Shown in pieces: positions 52,604 through 63,196 of a DNA stretch of 64,000 nucleotides. The stretch is from Candidatus Latescibacterota bacterium (GTDB taxonomy: Bacteria > Latescibacterota > UBA2968 > UBA8231), in assembly GCA_965203355.1 (NCBI GenBank), contig OZ241889.1, positions 1,792,001 to 1,856,000 of the forward strand, written 5' to 3'. Positions within the stretch are counted from its first letter, which is position 1; each line of letters starts with the position of its first letter. The position numbers were made by a program, and so were the translations under genes. Below the pieces are notes generated by a model, which saw nothing but the letters and a program-made list of their open reading frames with translations, ran no database searches and was not told the origin of the DNA.

Positions 52604-53503
52604 ATGAAACGTCTTTACGGCCTTATTGCTATGGGCTTGATACTGGGACTGACGAGCGGTGCCAGTGCACATATTGGAGACCAAGTTTACCTGCTCTTTG
52701 AGGTCTCTGAAGCCGATCTGGCTGATATTGACCTACGCGACGTCAGCATAGCCGACTGGGAAGATGTGGTTGGTGATGCTTCGCTGGTCACCACTGACTT
52801 CTTTCAGGATCCCACCGTGGGCGACGGTGCCCAGTACGATCCGGCGGATCTAGACTACCGCATCTGGCTGGGCTGGAACGGTAATCTGGGTACGATTTGG
52901 ATGGGTATGGAGCGCATCGACAATGTGTATATCAACGAGTACGCGGGCGGAGACCTAGGCAGCCTGTGGCAGCAAGACGCTATTGAGTTCATGGTTGATG
53001 GCGACCACACCGGTGGCGATTATACTGGTTCGGCTGACGAGACCTGGACCGACGAAGAGAAGGACCTGAATAACAACCGCACGGCTCAGCAGTATGTGGC
53101 TATCGCCGATGCCCCTGATGGTCGCCATGTAGGCTATCTGGGCAAAGGCACCGAGTGGGTCAACTCGCTGCCCTACGCTGATGGTGGTGGCGGTTCGGTT
53201 GGCGACGGCCCGACCACTAACATCATTGAGTTTTTCATCACGCCTTTCGACGACCTAATCTGGAATAGTCCGGATGACAGCGTAGCTTCGTCGCTGGAGG
53301 ACGGCAAGATCATTGGTTTCCAGATTTCGGCACAGGACTTCGACACGGCTCCGCAAGAATATCGAGCTTTTCACACTTTGTCTGGTCAGGCCGCGACTTG
53401 GCGCTATGCCGAGCGTTTTGTTGATGGTCGTTTGGTCGGTACCAGTGAAACAACGGCAGTCGAAGAAGACTCTTGGGGCCGCATCAAGGCCGCTTTTGAG
53501 TAA
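52604..53503 (+). CDS. Exported acidic CBM9/DOMON-like protein with C-terminal TAVEEDSWGRIKAAFE tail
   Basis: AAGGAG RBS, signal peptide (ASA-H); WQQDAIEFMVDGD, IEFFITPFD, IIGFQI motifs typical of CBM9-like folds. Confidence 0.65.
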   Translation: MKRLYGLIAMGLILGLTSGASAHIGDQVYLLFEVSEADLADIDLRDVSIADWEDVVGDASLVTTDFFQDPTVGDGAQYDPADLDYRIWLGWNGNLGTIWMGMERIDNVYINEYAGGDLGSLWQQDAIEFMVDGDHTGGDYTGSADETWTDEEKDLNNNRTAQQYVAIADAPDGRHVGYLGKGTEWVNSLPYADGGGGSVGDGPTTNIIEFFITPFDDLIWNSPDDSVASSLEDGKIIGFQISAQDFDTAPQEYRAFHTLSGQAATWRYAERFVDGRLVGTSETTAVEEDSWGRIKAAFE

Positions 53504-53530
53504 GAGCACCATCCTGCTGTTTTCCTAAAT

Positions 53531-53576
53531 CTTTAAGGAGAGGGGGAAGTATTCCTCCTCTCCTTAAAGTTGTTTT
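53531..53576 (+). terminator. Intrinsic terminator / stabilising hairpin
   Basis: CTTTAAGGAGAGGGGGAA-GTA-TTCCTCCTCTCCTTAAAG followed by TTGTTTT. Confidence 0.75.
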
Positions 53577-53688
53577 GTAGCTATCTCATAATAACTTGGG
53601 TAGCTACCTTCCTCGCGTCATAGTACCTCGTTCCTAGTTTACTCATGCTAAGACTTAAGCAGCGCAAATTCTACCGGGGAAAATCGGA

Positions 53689-56169
53689 ATGAGAATTGGG
53701 ATTTGTGTCGCCGTGCTGGTTTTGGCAAGTTGGGTAGTGAATGCTGCTGCAGAGTTGCGTCTGTTCGCCATCCCGGGCAACACCACTTGGGCCGACGCCA
53801 AGCAAGGGCCGCTTTCAGAGAGCCGCTTCATTGAAGTGATAGACTTTGAAAGCTATGAGGATGGCATTGGGCCCATCACGCCAGTGCGCGTAGTGCCCGT
53901 TCCTGAAGTTCCTCTTACATTAATCGCCAACGAAGTGGATGCGGCAACCGATTCCAGCCTCTTTGTTTTTTCCCTTAATGTAACTATAGAAGATGTAGTA
54001 GCACTGACTGATGCCGAACTCGAAGATGGAACCGTAAAGGCGGGTACGGTCTTGGTGCCCCGCTGGAGTCCCTTTCCGCGTAGCCTAGAGGCTGTCCAGC
54101 TATTGCGTCGGGCTGGCATTACCGAGATTAAAGCCATGATCAATGTGGCCGAATCTTTTCCCCGCCCTCCCGGCGGAGACAAGTACAACAAAGGGCTCAA
54201 CCTCACAACGCTCGGTATCTTTGAAAGGGCTTTGACTGACCAGCGACTCCAAGAAGGTCTAGGGCGCGTTTTCGATGGCGATCCACTGACCCATTTCGAG
54301 CGAATTGACCGAGTTGGGCAGGACGTCAAACAAGAATGGAGCCTCTATATCGACTTGGGACGCTACTTTCCAATCCGCTTGTTCCGCCTCTATCCTAGTC
54401 TTGCAGAGCCCTCGCGCGTTTCCGCTTACACCTTCTACAGAGGGATTCCTGGGACTGAGAAGACAATCGCCGGTCTTAGTCTCGACGATCCGACTGTTGG
54501 CCAGTTGGCATTCCCTGAGTTCACTAAAATAGCCTCGACTTTTCCGACCTTCGTTCTCGAGGCAAGCGCACCAGTTAATGTGGAAGACACTATTGCCGTG
54601 GCTTTTGATCCGCGGGTTTACCTGCGCTATGCACGCTTTGATTTTCAGACTCCACTAGATTACGACTTGGCTGAAATGGAGCTTTTTGCCGACGGTTTTG
54701 TTCCTGAAGCGGTCTATACTTCTAATGCGCTGCCACTACCCCCGGCGACCTTGGGGAGGATCTTCTGGGACGAGCAGAAAATTGGCGATCCTACAAGGTC
54801 GCATGCTATCGTGCGCGTACAGACAGGCGTCAATCCCGAGCCGGACGTGCTTTTTCGCGTCAATGATTATGAGCGTACAGTGGAGTGGAAAGAGGAAGGG
54901 GCGATCGTCACTGATCAAAGGCTTGGCTCTAAGACCTTCGGCCAAGAAGTGGACCTAAACGATGAGGAATTCAACCTAGAAGCCCGCGAACTCTTCAGTG
55001 CTGCCCTACCGGAAGATCGCCAACGCGTACGGCTTACTCGCGCCGAGTACAAAACCCTACCAGGTAATAAGCGGCGTCACGTCGAACCCGATCTCGTGTT
55101 CTGGAGCGGCGTCCAGTTGGCCAACAATGGTCAGTTGATCAACGCACCGGGTGGTCGGCCATTCATTCAGATTGAGGTTGAGTTTCTGAGTCAAGATCCT
55201 GAAGCGGCCACGATTATTAGCAACTTGCGCTTTGAATACTCCGCTCCGCAGATCACAGAGCAGGTCTTCGGCGAGATTGCTCCGGCTGTGGATGTGATTG
55301 CTGGCCGCGATACCTCCTTTGTGCTGATCCTCAACGCTGGTTTAGGGACTGAGAACGACGGGTTTAACCGCTTGCAGGTTTTTACGCCAGCGCGGGCAGA
55401 AGCCATTGAGGGGATAGAAGTGGATCTAGGAGACGGAAAGTTCCTGAACTTGGAACAAGTGGGTGGTGAAAGCGAAATAGGCGAGGGGCAATTTCGGGAA
55501 TTGTACGTTGCCGACGATCAGTTCGTCGTTGGTTTTCCAACCATAGGCCCAGCCGAGGAAGGCCAAGTCCGCAACGCACTGGTAAAGGTCCGCTTTAAGG
55601 GCCGGGTTATTGACTTTCGCACCAACTTCGCTGCCAATGTTTTTTTAGACACTTTAGGTTCAGAAGTAGATCGACGCTTTACCAGTAGCGGCATTTTGGC
55701 TCTCGGGGGTAGTGAGAGTGCGCTTGATACGCTGGCCACTTTCTTGCCGCAACGAGTGGAGGACAATGACGTGGTGGATTTCGTGGCGACGGATCGGCTC
55801 TCAGATCGCAATTCTCTAGCGGTGATCGCCGATATTTCGGCGCAGAGCGAGAATCTAGTGACCAATTTCAAGGTCGAGCCCAATCCTTTTACGCCTAATG
55901 GCGACGATGTCAACGACGAATTAGTCGTGAATTTTGACATCCAACGGCTACTAACACCAAGGCCTGTGCATTTGGAGATATTCGATCTGAATGGTCGGCG
56001 TCTGCGCTTCATTGAGCGCGATCTGTCGTCGGGAGGGCATTCTCAACAGTGGGATGGTCGCGACGATGCTGGACAGTTAGTGCCGCCGGGATTATACCTA
56101 TTGCGCATTTCAGCCGAAGCCGATCATGTAGGCGAGGCCCAGATGCGCGTCGTTTCCGTAGCCTATTAG
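53689..56169 (+). CDS. Large exported protein with discoidin-like domain and C-terminal FlgD-Ig/CHU_C-like domain
   Basis: Signal peptide; FDGDPLT...IDLGRYFPI; PNPFTPNGDDVND...IFDLNGR...WDGRDDAGQLVPPGLYL...VSVAY. Confidence 0.75.
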   Translation: MRIGICVAVLVLASWVVNAAAELRLFAIPGNTTWADAKQGPLSESRFIEVIDFESYEDGIGPITPVRVVPVPEVPLTLIANEVDAATDSSLFVFSLNVTIEDVVALTDAELEDGTVKAGTVLVPRWSPFPRSLEAVQLLRRAGITEIKAMINVAESFPRPPGGDKYNKGLNLTTLGIFERALTDQRLQEGLGRVFDGDPLTHFERIDRVGQDVKQEWSLYIDLGRYFPIRLFRLYPSLAEPSRVSAYTFYRGIPGTEKTIAGLSLDDPTVGQLAFPEFTKIASTFPTFVLEASAPVNVEDTIAVAFDPRVYLRYARFDFQTPLDYDLAEMELFADGFVPEAVYTSNALPLPPATLGRIFWDEQKIGDPTRSHAIVRVQTGVNPEPDVLFRVNDYERTVEWKEEGAIVTDQRLGSKTFGQEVDLNDEEFNLEARELFSAALPEDRQRVRLTRAEYKTLPGNKRRHVEPDLVFWSGVQLANNGQLINAPGGRPFIQIEVEFLSQDPEAATIISNLRFEYSAPQITEQVFGEIAPAVDVIAGRDTSFVLILNAGLGTENDGFNRLQVFTPARAEAIEGIEVDLGDGKFLNLEQVGGESEIGEGQFRELYVADDQFVVGFPTIGPAEEGQVRNALVKVRFKGRVIDFRTNFAANVFLDTLGSEVDRRFTSSGILALGGSESALDTLATFLPQRVEDNDVVDFVATDRLSDRNSLAVIADISAQSENLVTNFKVEPNPFTPNGDDVNDELVVNFDIQRLLTPRPVHLEIFDLNGRRLRFIERDLSSGGHSQQWDGRDDAGQLVPPGLYLLRISAEADHVGEAQMRVVSVAY

Positions 56170-56202
56170 CCTTCGCAAAAGCGCGGAAAGAAAGGAACTG
56201 TT

Positions 56203-59200
56203 ATGAAACGGTTGCTGACGTGGCAAATGGCTCTCTTCGCTGTCCTATATCTGCCTAGTTTCTGTATAGCCCAAACGGATGCCTATCGGATTTTCGGCAG
56301 TTCAATCCGCGTAGATCGGGCTTCGCAATGGGAAAACTGGATTTATCAGAACGACTTGGTCTCCCAATTGAACGTGCCAATCCGCGATGCGGATATCTTC
56401 CAAGTTGATACCGATGGGCTGCGACCGACTTTCTTTCGCCGCAATATCAATGTGGCCCCGACGGCGGTCGATTTCACCTATCCCGATTTGGTCCGCGCTG
56501 GCGGCGAGCTAGTCTCTGGAGGTGCGGTGGCCAAATCCAACGATGCTTTGGCCAATAATGTCATTGATGGCGACTTGAGTACTTTTTGGGAGCCGGATAC
56601 ACCGGTCAGTTACGCAAGTCATTTGAGGAATCCGGGAGATTTCCACATCGATGGTCTGCGCAACTGGGAAATTGAAATCGATCTGGGACGGTTGGTTTTT
56701 GCCGACAGTCTGACGATCATTTTTCCTGCTGGTCAGTTCGAGGACGAGTTCCTCGGTGAGCCGGTCAAGTCTTTCGTGCTTTTTGCTTCGATGGGCGAGC
56801 GTTTCCCCTTTCCCTTGGGCAACAACCTCAAGTTCTCCGTTATCGGGCAAGTCTCTACTGGCTTCGTCGCCGGTAAGTTAGCCCAGTGCGTCCGCGATGA
56901 AAGCTCGGGCTATGCTGGCGAAACCCGCTGTGAAGGTGGTGGAGGAGGTGATAGCGGTGAAGTGACGCTGGTGCCGATGCCTGGGACTGAAGGTCGCTAC
57001 GTGCAGATGACCTTCCCACTCTGGCCTCTGGATCGAGCGGACTGGGATCTGGATGGCCAGCCCGATATTAGCGGAGCCTTCATCCATTACGTCCGCATAA
57101 AGATTACGGATTCAGATCTCTGGCGCGACGCCTTTTTGGGCACGGGCGAAGAGGCGCGTCTCGCCTATGAAGCTTTGCCCCAAGATCAGCGCGGTGCACT
57201 TATTTATCAGCGCCAGACCGCCGGTGGATTGCTCGTCGAAATTGAGGACGACGATAATCAGACGGCCGCAGAAAAATATCAAAGCCTGCCCGAAGAAAAA
57301 CGCGGCCCGATTCTCTACTATAGCAAAGAGGTACCCCGAATCGCCGAGGTTCAGGTCTGGGCTAAGGGCGACAACTACGCGCTGCAACCCGAAAAGCGCG
57401 GAGGGGCCTCGTTTGAAAACGGCGGCTTGGGTGCGCCCCATTTGGCTACGGATGGGCTATACGACTCGGAGTGGCAGGCCAATACGTGGTCGCCGATTTA
57501 CCTCAAGGGTACTGCTTGGTACGACTTAGGAGCCGTGTTCTGGGTCGATAATGTCTCAGTAGTCAACAAACACATCAACCAGAGTCACCAAGGTGCCTTC
57601 TTGGGACCGAACATCTTAGCTTCCGACGGTACGCTGCTCAAGCCCGTGAGCATGGACGACCGCGAAGACTTTCCCCAACTCGAAGAATCGCTCAAGTGGG
57701 ACAACATCATCAGCGAAGAGCACGTTGATAACCACGATCCAGTAGTGCGCATTTTCCGTGAGACTTTTTCTTGGCGTAAAATCCGCTTTTTGCAGATTCG
57801 CGATATTGACGTTACCGGGCAACAATCTGGTCGCTATGGCTCGTTGGCGACCTTGGGTGAGATTCAGCTTTACGGAGAGGGGTATCCGGTAAGCGTGTGG
57901 GCGTACTCGCCGCCGATTATGTTGACGGATTCGCGTGGCAACTTCATCCGCAAAACTCTGCCGCGTATCGCTTGGGAAGGCGATGTCATCATCCGCGAGA
58001 CGGATCCGCTCACCGGCCGAGCGCGCGAGCGGATTGAGCCGCTAGACCTCCACCCTGATGTCCGCCTACAGATACAGACCCGGACCTCCGATCAGACCGA
58101 CACCAACTTTACATACTATCAGGTCGTGGCTGTCGCTGGCAATGAAGAGCGCGAGGAAGTTACGAAAGAGGTTTACGACGAGATTGCCTTGCAATGGACG
58201 GCTTGGGATATCTGGCAGACCCTGCCCGCCAGCCGGAAACACGCCTCGCGCACCGACGACGATGGCGACGGGCTCACCGACGAAGATCCGATTGACCTGA
58301 TTGACAACGACGGGGATGGCAAGATCGACGAGGACGGTAAGAAACTGCGCCGGGCACCGCGCTCTGGCTTTGCCAAAGATGGCGAACTGGCCTTCGTCGG
58401 TTGGAGCGAGTGGAGCGGGAGCTATTTGCCCACCAATGGCGTCAATGAGGCGACCATCACCTCACCCAACCCACGCAAGTTTGTTCAGGTACGAGTCAAT
58501 ATCTCCTCAGAAAATCCCTTTAAGACGGCCCGCATCCGAAGTTTGCATCTTGAATTGGCACCGCCGCTGGCACTGGAACTAGCTGGCGAGTTGGCACTCC
58601 TCACCGACGAGGGAGCATCGCGCGTCCCGACTGACTTAGGTGTCTTGGTTTCGGACTACACTCCGCCGCGCAATATTGATCCGCTCGCGCCGCAGCAGTT
58701 TTCTTATTTTATTCGCGCTGCCGCACCCGACCCGACCGATCCGGCAGTGCGCGATGGTTTTAACGAGGTATTGGTCGTCGCGCCACGCGATGCACACTTA
58801 ACTGGGGTGCGCTTAGGACAAGTCGTCATCGCCTATACGCCTTCACTCCTCAATCCGGAGGAAGTACTGACCTCGGCGACGACCACGAAATTTGACCGTG
58901 CCTTTGTTCCAGACGACGACGGGGTCTTACGCGATACAGACGGCGCAGTGGCGGAACGCATGGCGACCGGCGCGGATTCGATCTGGGTGCGTTTTCCCTT
59001 TTCGCTCAATGCCGATCTGCCGGCTGGCCAGCACGCCCTCATTGAAGTACAGTTTGAGTCGCAGAGTTTCCGCGAGGGGATTGAATTCGCCTCGTTTGTG
59101 CGGTCTTCGGATTCGGAGGAGGGCGTATTCCAACGGGTGGATACCGGCGATAAGGATGCGACCGAGTTGGTGGATTCTTCGACAGCGCAAGTCAGCCTAA

Positions 59201-59538
59201 AGGATCTACCAGGAGCTCTGATCCAAGATGTGGAGATGATATCGGTTTTTACGCCCAATGGCGATGGAATCAACGACGAGCTTTTGGTGCATTTTGTTTT
59301 ATTAAAGATGCAAGAGGAGCGGCCGTTGGAAGTGTCCCTGTATGATTTGGGTGGGCGCTTGGTCGGCCAAAGCCAAAGTTCGGCGGTTAGCAGCAAAGTG
59401 GGGACACAGACGTTTGTGTGGGATGGACGGGATTTGAGTGGGCAGATCGTGCCGCCGGGGATTTATCTTTGTCAGATCAAGATAGAGGCTGACGACCGAG
59501 ACAACGAGTTGACTCGTCTCGTACACGTAGCCTATTGA
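56203..59538 (+). CDS. Large exported protein, paralogue of upstream gene, with Ca-binding repeat and FlgD-Ig/CHU_C-like C-terminus
   Basis: Signal peptide; IDGDLSTFW...IDLG; DDDGDGLTDEDPIDLIDNDGDGKIDED; VFTPNGDGIND...WDGRDLSGQIVPPGIY...VHVAY. Confidence 0.75.
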   Translation: MKRLLTWQMALFAVLYLPSFCIAQTDAYRIFGSSIRVDRASQWENWIYQNDLVSQLNVPIRDADIFQVDTDGLRPTFFRRNINVAPTAVDFTYPDLVRAGGELVSGGAVAKSNDALANNVIDGDLSTFWEPDTPVSYASHLRNPGDFHIDGLRNWEIEIDLGRLVFADSLTIIFPAGQFEDEFLGEPVKSFVLFASMGERFPFPLGNNLKFSVIGQVSTGFVAGKLAQCVRDESSGYAGETRCEGGGGGDSGEVTLVPMPGTEGRYVQMTFPLWPLDRADWDLDGQPDISGAFIHYVRIKITDSDLWRDAFLGTGEEARLAYEALPQDQRGALIYQRQTAGGLLVEIEDDDNQTAAEKYQSLPEEKRGPILYYSKEVPRIAEVQVWAKGDNYALQPEKRGGASFENGGLGAPHLATDGLYDSEWQANTWSPIYLKGTAWYDLGAVFWVDNVSVVNKHINQSHQGAFLGPNILASDGTLLKPVSMDDREDFPQLEESLKWDNIISEEHVDNHDPVVRIFRETFSWRKIRFLQIRDIDVTGQQSGRYGSLATLGEIQLYGEGYPVSVWAYSPPIMLTDSRGNFIRKTLPRIAWEGDVIIRETDPLTGRARERIEPLDLHPDVRLQIQTRTSDQTDTNFTYYQVVAVAGNEEREEVTKEVYDEIALQWTAWDIWQTLPASRKHASRTDDDGDGLTDEDPIDLIDNDGDGKIDEDGKKLRRAPRSGFAKDGELAFVGWSEWSGSYLPTNGVNEATITSPNPRKFVQVRVNISSENPFKTARIRSLHLELAPPLALELAGELALLTDEGASRVPTDLGVLVSDYTPPRNIDPLAPQQFSYFIRAAAPDPTDPAVRDGFNEVLVVAPRDAHLTGVRLGQVVIAYTPSLLNPEEVLTSATTTKFDRAFVPDDDGVLRDTDGAVAERMATGADSIWVRFPFSLNADLPAGQHALIEVQFESQSFREGIEFASFVRSSDSEEGVFQRVDTGDKDATELVDSSTAQVSLKDLPGALIQDVEMISVFTPNGDGINDELLVHFVLLKMQEERPLEVSLYDLGGRLVGQSQSSAVSSKVGTQTFVWDGRDLSGQIVPPGIYLCQIKIEADDRDNELTRLVHVAY

Positions 59539-59584
59539 TAGGGAAGCAGTTTAGATCGGAATTAGATAACAAGGGAGGGTATTT

Positions 59585-62335
59585 GTGAGCATAGTTAGGA
59601 GTTTTCGCACCGGTTCGGTAGCGATTCTGATGTTGGGAACACTAGTAGAAAATCTCCCCGCACAGGAGGATTTTGGTGCTCGCTTAGGTGTGCGACGGGG
59701 TGGAGAAGTTTTTTACGAGCCTACCGGGCCAGGGATACTTTTCGATGCCCTAGATCCGGCGGTAAAGAAGTGGTATATACCTCAAGAACTCTTCAACGAG
59801 TACCAATGGCGGCAACAGGATTACACCAATTACGCTCGCCGCCACTACCAACGCTACGTGCCCACTTCTCTCGAAGGCGAATACTTCTACGACCTCTATG
59901 GAAATTATATCACTCGCGGCCAAATCATTTACGACTGGAGCATTGCAGCACCGCAGACCTCGGGCAGCAGCCTGTTCAAAGGCCCTCAGTTTCAGGGTTG
60001 GTTCAACAGCGTGGTCATCGCCTCAGATCAGAAGGGGCAGTACTCGTATGCCTTGACTATCGCCGATCGCATCCGCACGACGCTGACGCCGATGACCTTT
60101 TCCAAGCCGACTTTTGCCGGCATTCAGTTTGATCTAGTCACAGACAAGTACGAGGCGACTTTTCTCGCATCGCGTCCCAGTGCGCCCGGTCGAGTCGAAA
60201 CGGCGCAGACGACTAGCACCGGTCGTTTCCGGTCGAATGACACCAACTTAATCGGTGGCCGCGGTACTGTGCAGGTTGGTGACTTTGTCAAGTTTGGTGC
60301 GACCTACGTCAATGCGTTCAACGCCTCAACCAAGGGGCAGGCATTTCAGGGCAATCCCTTCAAGGGTACGCTTACCGAGGGCCAGAATAACGCCGACGTT
60401 TCGCGTATTGAAGTGCGCTTGAGCGACGATTCGCCCGAGGATGGTAGGGCGGGTGCCGCCTTCTTTCAGGAAGAGATGATCATCACTACCATTGACGGCG
60501 AGCGCATCAGCAATCGCCGCCGCATCGGCAATAACAACATCCTCGCCTTCGCTCCAGCAGTGCAGGGTGGCTTCCGCCGCGAAGGGTTTCTCGCGGCCGA
60601 TGGGAACGAGGTCATCGTGCTAGTGTACGATCTCGAAGGCCCGCAGTACCGCAACTCTTTCGGCCCCCAGCCCGAGCAGATCAAAAGTATTGAGTTTCTG
60701 TTGCTTTTGGCCAACGATTACCGGATTGACGTTACATCCAATCGCCAACTCAACGCCAATGGTCAGCCGGTCTTGCTATCCGAGGGCATTCCCGAACGCA
60801 CGGTACGTGCCGACGGTAACGTGCAGGATGGCTCGAATCAGGGCTTTGTGCGCGTCAAATACGGATTACCGGTGGCCAATGAGATCTTCGGCGTTACGCT
60901 CGATATTACGGATGTCAGCGGGTTTTACTTATCAGGGGAATATGATCGCAATCGCCAGCACTTTCGCTATCCGCGGCGGTCGGAAATCGACGTGACCCAG
61001 CACGAAGCACATAGCACCTCGGGCGACGCTTGGTTTGTCAACGTGTATAAACGTGCGTATCCCTACTACGGATTCGGTGAAGTCTATAGTGTTGATCACG
61101 ACTATAGCACCAGTTCCTTTCTAGCCGGTACCCAAAACGATGCGGCGGATATTAACTACGACGACGACCTCCGTTTTGTGTACGAATTTGTTGACGACAA
61201 CGACGACCAAGACCGCAACCCTGACTGGCAGCGGGCCAATTTCTCGCAGGATAGAGAGGTATTCCCGGGATTTGACGAAAACAACGACTTCATCAACGAT
61301 TTCAACCAAAACGACACCGAGCGGCGCGAGAATACGGAGCCGGATTACGAGGAGCCTTTTCTGCGCTACGCCTCCGATCGGCCCGAGTTCCTCTTTGGCA
61401 TTGATATGAATAACAATGGCATTATCGATCGCTTTGAAAACGACAATCTGCCCGATTACCTGTACAAACGGGATCGGCGTGGATACAACATATACGTGGG
61501 TTCCCATTTGGGGCCAGAGGCGCGGCTAACCGTTGGTCGCCTCGACGAGCGTCAGCTAGCCGACTCTCGCGAAAATACCACCAATTACGCCTTACTGGCC
61601 TTTGACAAAGACTACGCTAGCAAAGGGCGCGTACAGGTGTACAACAACTTTCGGCAGGTCCGAGACAATATCCGCGACAATGTGATCGAATGGGTTGTGC
61701 GCCAAGGATCGCGCGGCGACCTAGTGCCCTATACCGACCCTTTGCCTCTGCGCGATGGTTGGGCTAACACCTTGTACCTCGGCTATCAGTACCAGAGTGA
61801 TCACATCCAGTTCAAGAACCGCTTTAAGTGGGAGGTTTTCAAACAGGCCAATTTCGACGAGCGGCCGATTGAAGAGCAGGACATCCGCGAAACGGCTTCC
61901 TTCTTTGGGATTCTCAACAAGATTGATTATACGTTCAATCTCGGGGTCCTCAAATTTCAGCCGCGCTGGAAGAGCGAATTCCAGCGCCAGCGGCCCTCGC
62001 TCCGCCAAGATACTCAGGTGCGGGTGGCTACTACTGAGTTGCGCGAGCTGTGGTCGTTGGTTTTGAAGGTGCCGATTCTGTCGCGCACCGAATTGCAGAC
62101 CGGCCTAGAGTACCTGCTCGTCGAGCAGTTCCGCGAGGAGTTGGAATCCCATTTGCTGCGCTCGGACCGCAACGAACTGGTCTATGCCTTACAGTTTACC
62201 AACAACGCCGAGTATCTAGGTTACAACCTGTGGACTCAAACAGGGTTTCGCGTGTCGCGGATTGATCGCGCCTCGGCCGAAAAGGTGCGCACTGAAACGG
62301 CCATATTTGTCACTGTGTTTGCCGGTCTTGAGTAG
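59585..62335 (+). CDS. Large exported, probably outer-membrane beta-rich protein with Asp/Asn-rich Ca-binding-like loops
   Basis: GTG start, GGGAGG RBS, signal peptide; DDNDDQD, DENNDFINDFNQND, DMNNNGIIDRFEND; amphipathic beta-strands in C-terminal third. Confidence 0.6.
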   Translation: MSIVRSFRTGSVAILMLGTLVENLPAQEDFGARLGVRRGGEVFYEPTGPGILFDALDPAVKKWYIPQELFNEYQWRQQDYTNYARRHYQRYVPTSLEGEYFYDLYGNYITRGQIIYDWSIAAPQTSGSSLFKGPQFQGWFNSVVIASDQKGQYSYALTIADRIRTTLTPMTFSKPTFAGIQFDLVTDKYEATFLASRPSAPGRVETAQTTSTGRFRSNDTNLIGGRGTVQVGDFVKFGATYVNAFNASTKGQAFQGNPFKGTLTEGQNNADVSRIEVRLSDDSPEDGRAGAAFFQEEMIITTIDGERISNRRRIGNNNILAFAPAVQGGFRREGFLAADGNEVIVLVYDLEGPQYRNSFGPQPEQIKSIEFLLLLANDYRIDVTSNRQLNANGQPVLLSEGIPERTVRADGNVQDGSNQGFVRVKYGLPVANEIFGVTLDITDVSGFYLSGEYDRNRQHFRYPRRSEIDVTQHEAHSTSGDAWFVNVYKRAYPYYGFGEVYSVDHDYSTSSFLAGTQNDAADINYDDDLRFVYEFVDDNDDQDRNPDWQRANFSQDREVFPGFDENNDFINDFNQNDTERRENTEPDYEEPFLRYASDRPEFLFGIDMNNNGIIDRFENDNLPDYLYKRDRRGYNIYVGSHLGPEARLTVGRLDERQLADSRENTTNYALLAFDKDYASKGRVQVYNNFRQVRDNIRDNVIEWVVRQGSRGDLVPYTDPLPLRDGWANTLYLGYQYQSDHIQFKNRFKWEVFKQANFDERPIEEQDIRETASFFGILNKIDYTFNLGVLKFQPRWKSEFQRQRPSLRQDTQVRVATTELRELWSLVLKVPILSRTELQTGLEYLLVEQFREELESHLLRSDRNELVYALQFTNNAEYLGYNLWTQTGFRVSRIDRASAEKVRTETAIFVTVFAGLE

Positions 62336-62345
62336 GAGGTTTTCC

Positions 62346-63104
62346 ATGCTGAAGTGTTTCACGCCGCTGCTTTTGGTCGGACTGCTTTTGCCGGGCTGCT
62401 CCTATCGCTACTATGCCGAAGACCTCAGACCAATGAGCGAGACCGAACAAGGGGCCAACAAGACGGTGGCCGACGATGGCACTGTGTCCTATACACAAGC
62501 ACGCCTTGAAATCAGCCTGCGACCAATGACCGACGCGGAGTTAAATCGCCAGTTTGACGCGTACTCCAACGAGGGGGCCGACTCGCGCAATCCCTACACT
62601 TTTGGCAACTCGACGTACTTTCGCACTGGGGACATTCCGCAGCGCTTCACTGTTTTTCGCATGTACGTTTCTAACTACGAATACCCCAAGGTCTACCTTG
62701 ATCCTAAAAAGGTCTACATAACCACTTCTAACGGACGAAAGTACTACGCGCTGAGGCGTGAACAACTCTCAATATACTATCGGCGCTACGTCGGAAGCGG
62801 TACTGGCGGCAACGAGCCTGGTATGCCCGGCAATGCCTTGGAGGTCTGGAAAGAGCGCGAGAGTATCTTGCGGCGCACGATGTTTCCCGATGAACAGGTG
62901 TTTAGTGCTCAAGAGAACGAAGGGTATCTCGTCTTCAAGCCGCTGGCACCGGACGTTGAGGAGTTGACCGTTCACATTCCCGATGTGGTTGTGCGCTTCG
63001 ATTACAAGGGGGATCCAATTGAGGAAGTGGATGTCGAGATGCACTTTGAGCGTGAGATTGGCCGCATCTATCCCGATGGACGCAAGGTAGTGACCGGTCA
63101 ATAG
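62346..63104 (+). CDS. Hypothetical lipoprotein
   Basis: AGGAGG RBS; lipobox LPGC. Confidence 0.75.
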   Translation: MLKCFTPLLLVGLLLPGCSYRYYAEDLRPMSETEQGANKTVADDGTVSYTQARLEISLRPMTDAELNRQFDAYSNEGADSRNPYTFGNSTYFRTGDIPQRFTVFRMYVSNYEYPKVYLDPKKVYITTSNGRKYYALRREQLSIYYRRYVGSGTGGNEPGMPGNALEVWKERESILRRTMFPDEQVFSAQENEGYLVFKPLAPDVEELTVHIPDVVVRFDYKGDPIEEVDVEMHFEREIGRIYPDGRKVVTGQ

Positions 63105-63136
63105 TGCAGCGCAAGGTTCACAAGCCAATTTCAACT

Positions 63137-63177
63137 AACTGCGCGGTGCCGCTGGGCAAGCGGTACCGCGCAGTTTT
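63137..63177 (+). terminator. Intrinsic terminator-like hairpin
   Basis: AACTGCGCGGTGCCGCT-GGGCA-AGCGGTACCGCGCAGTT then TT. Confidence 0.65.
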
Positions 63178-63196
63178 GTACATAGGTGAGAAGGTT

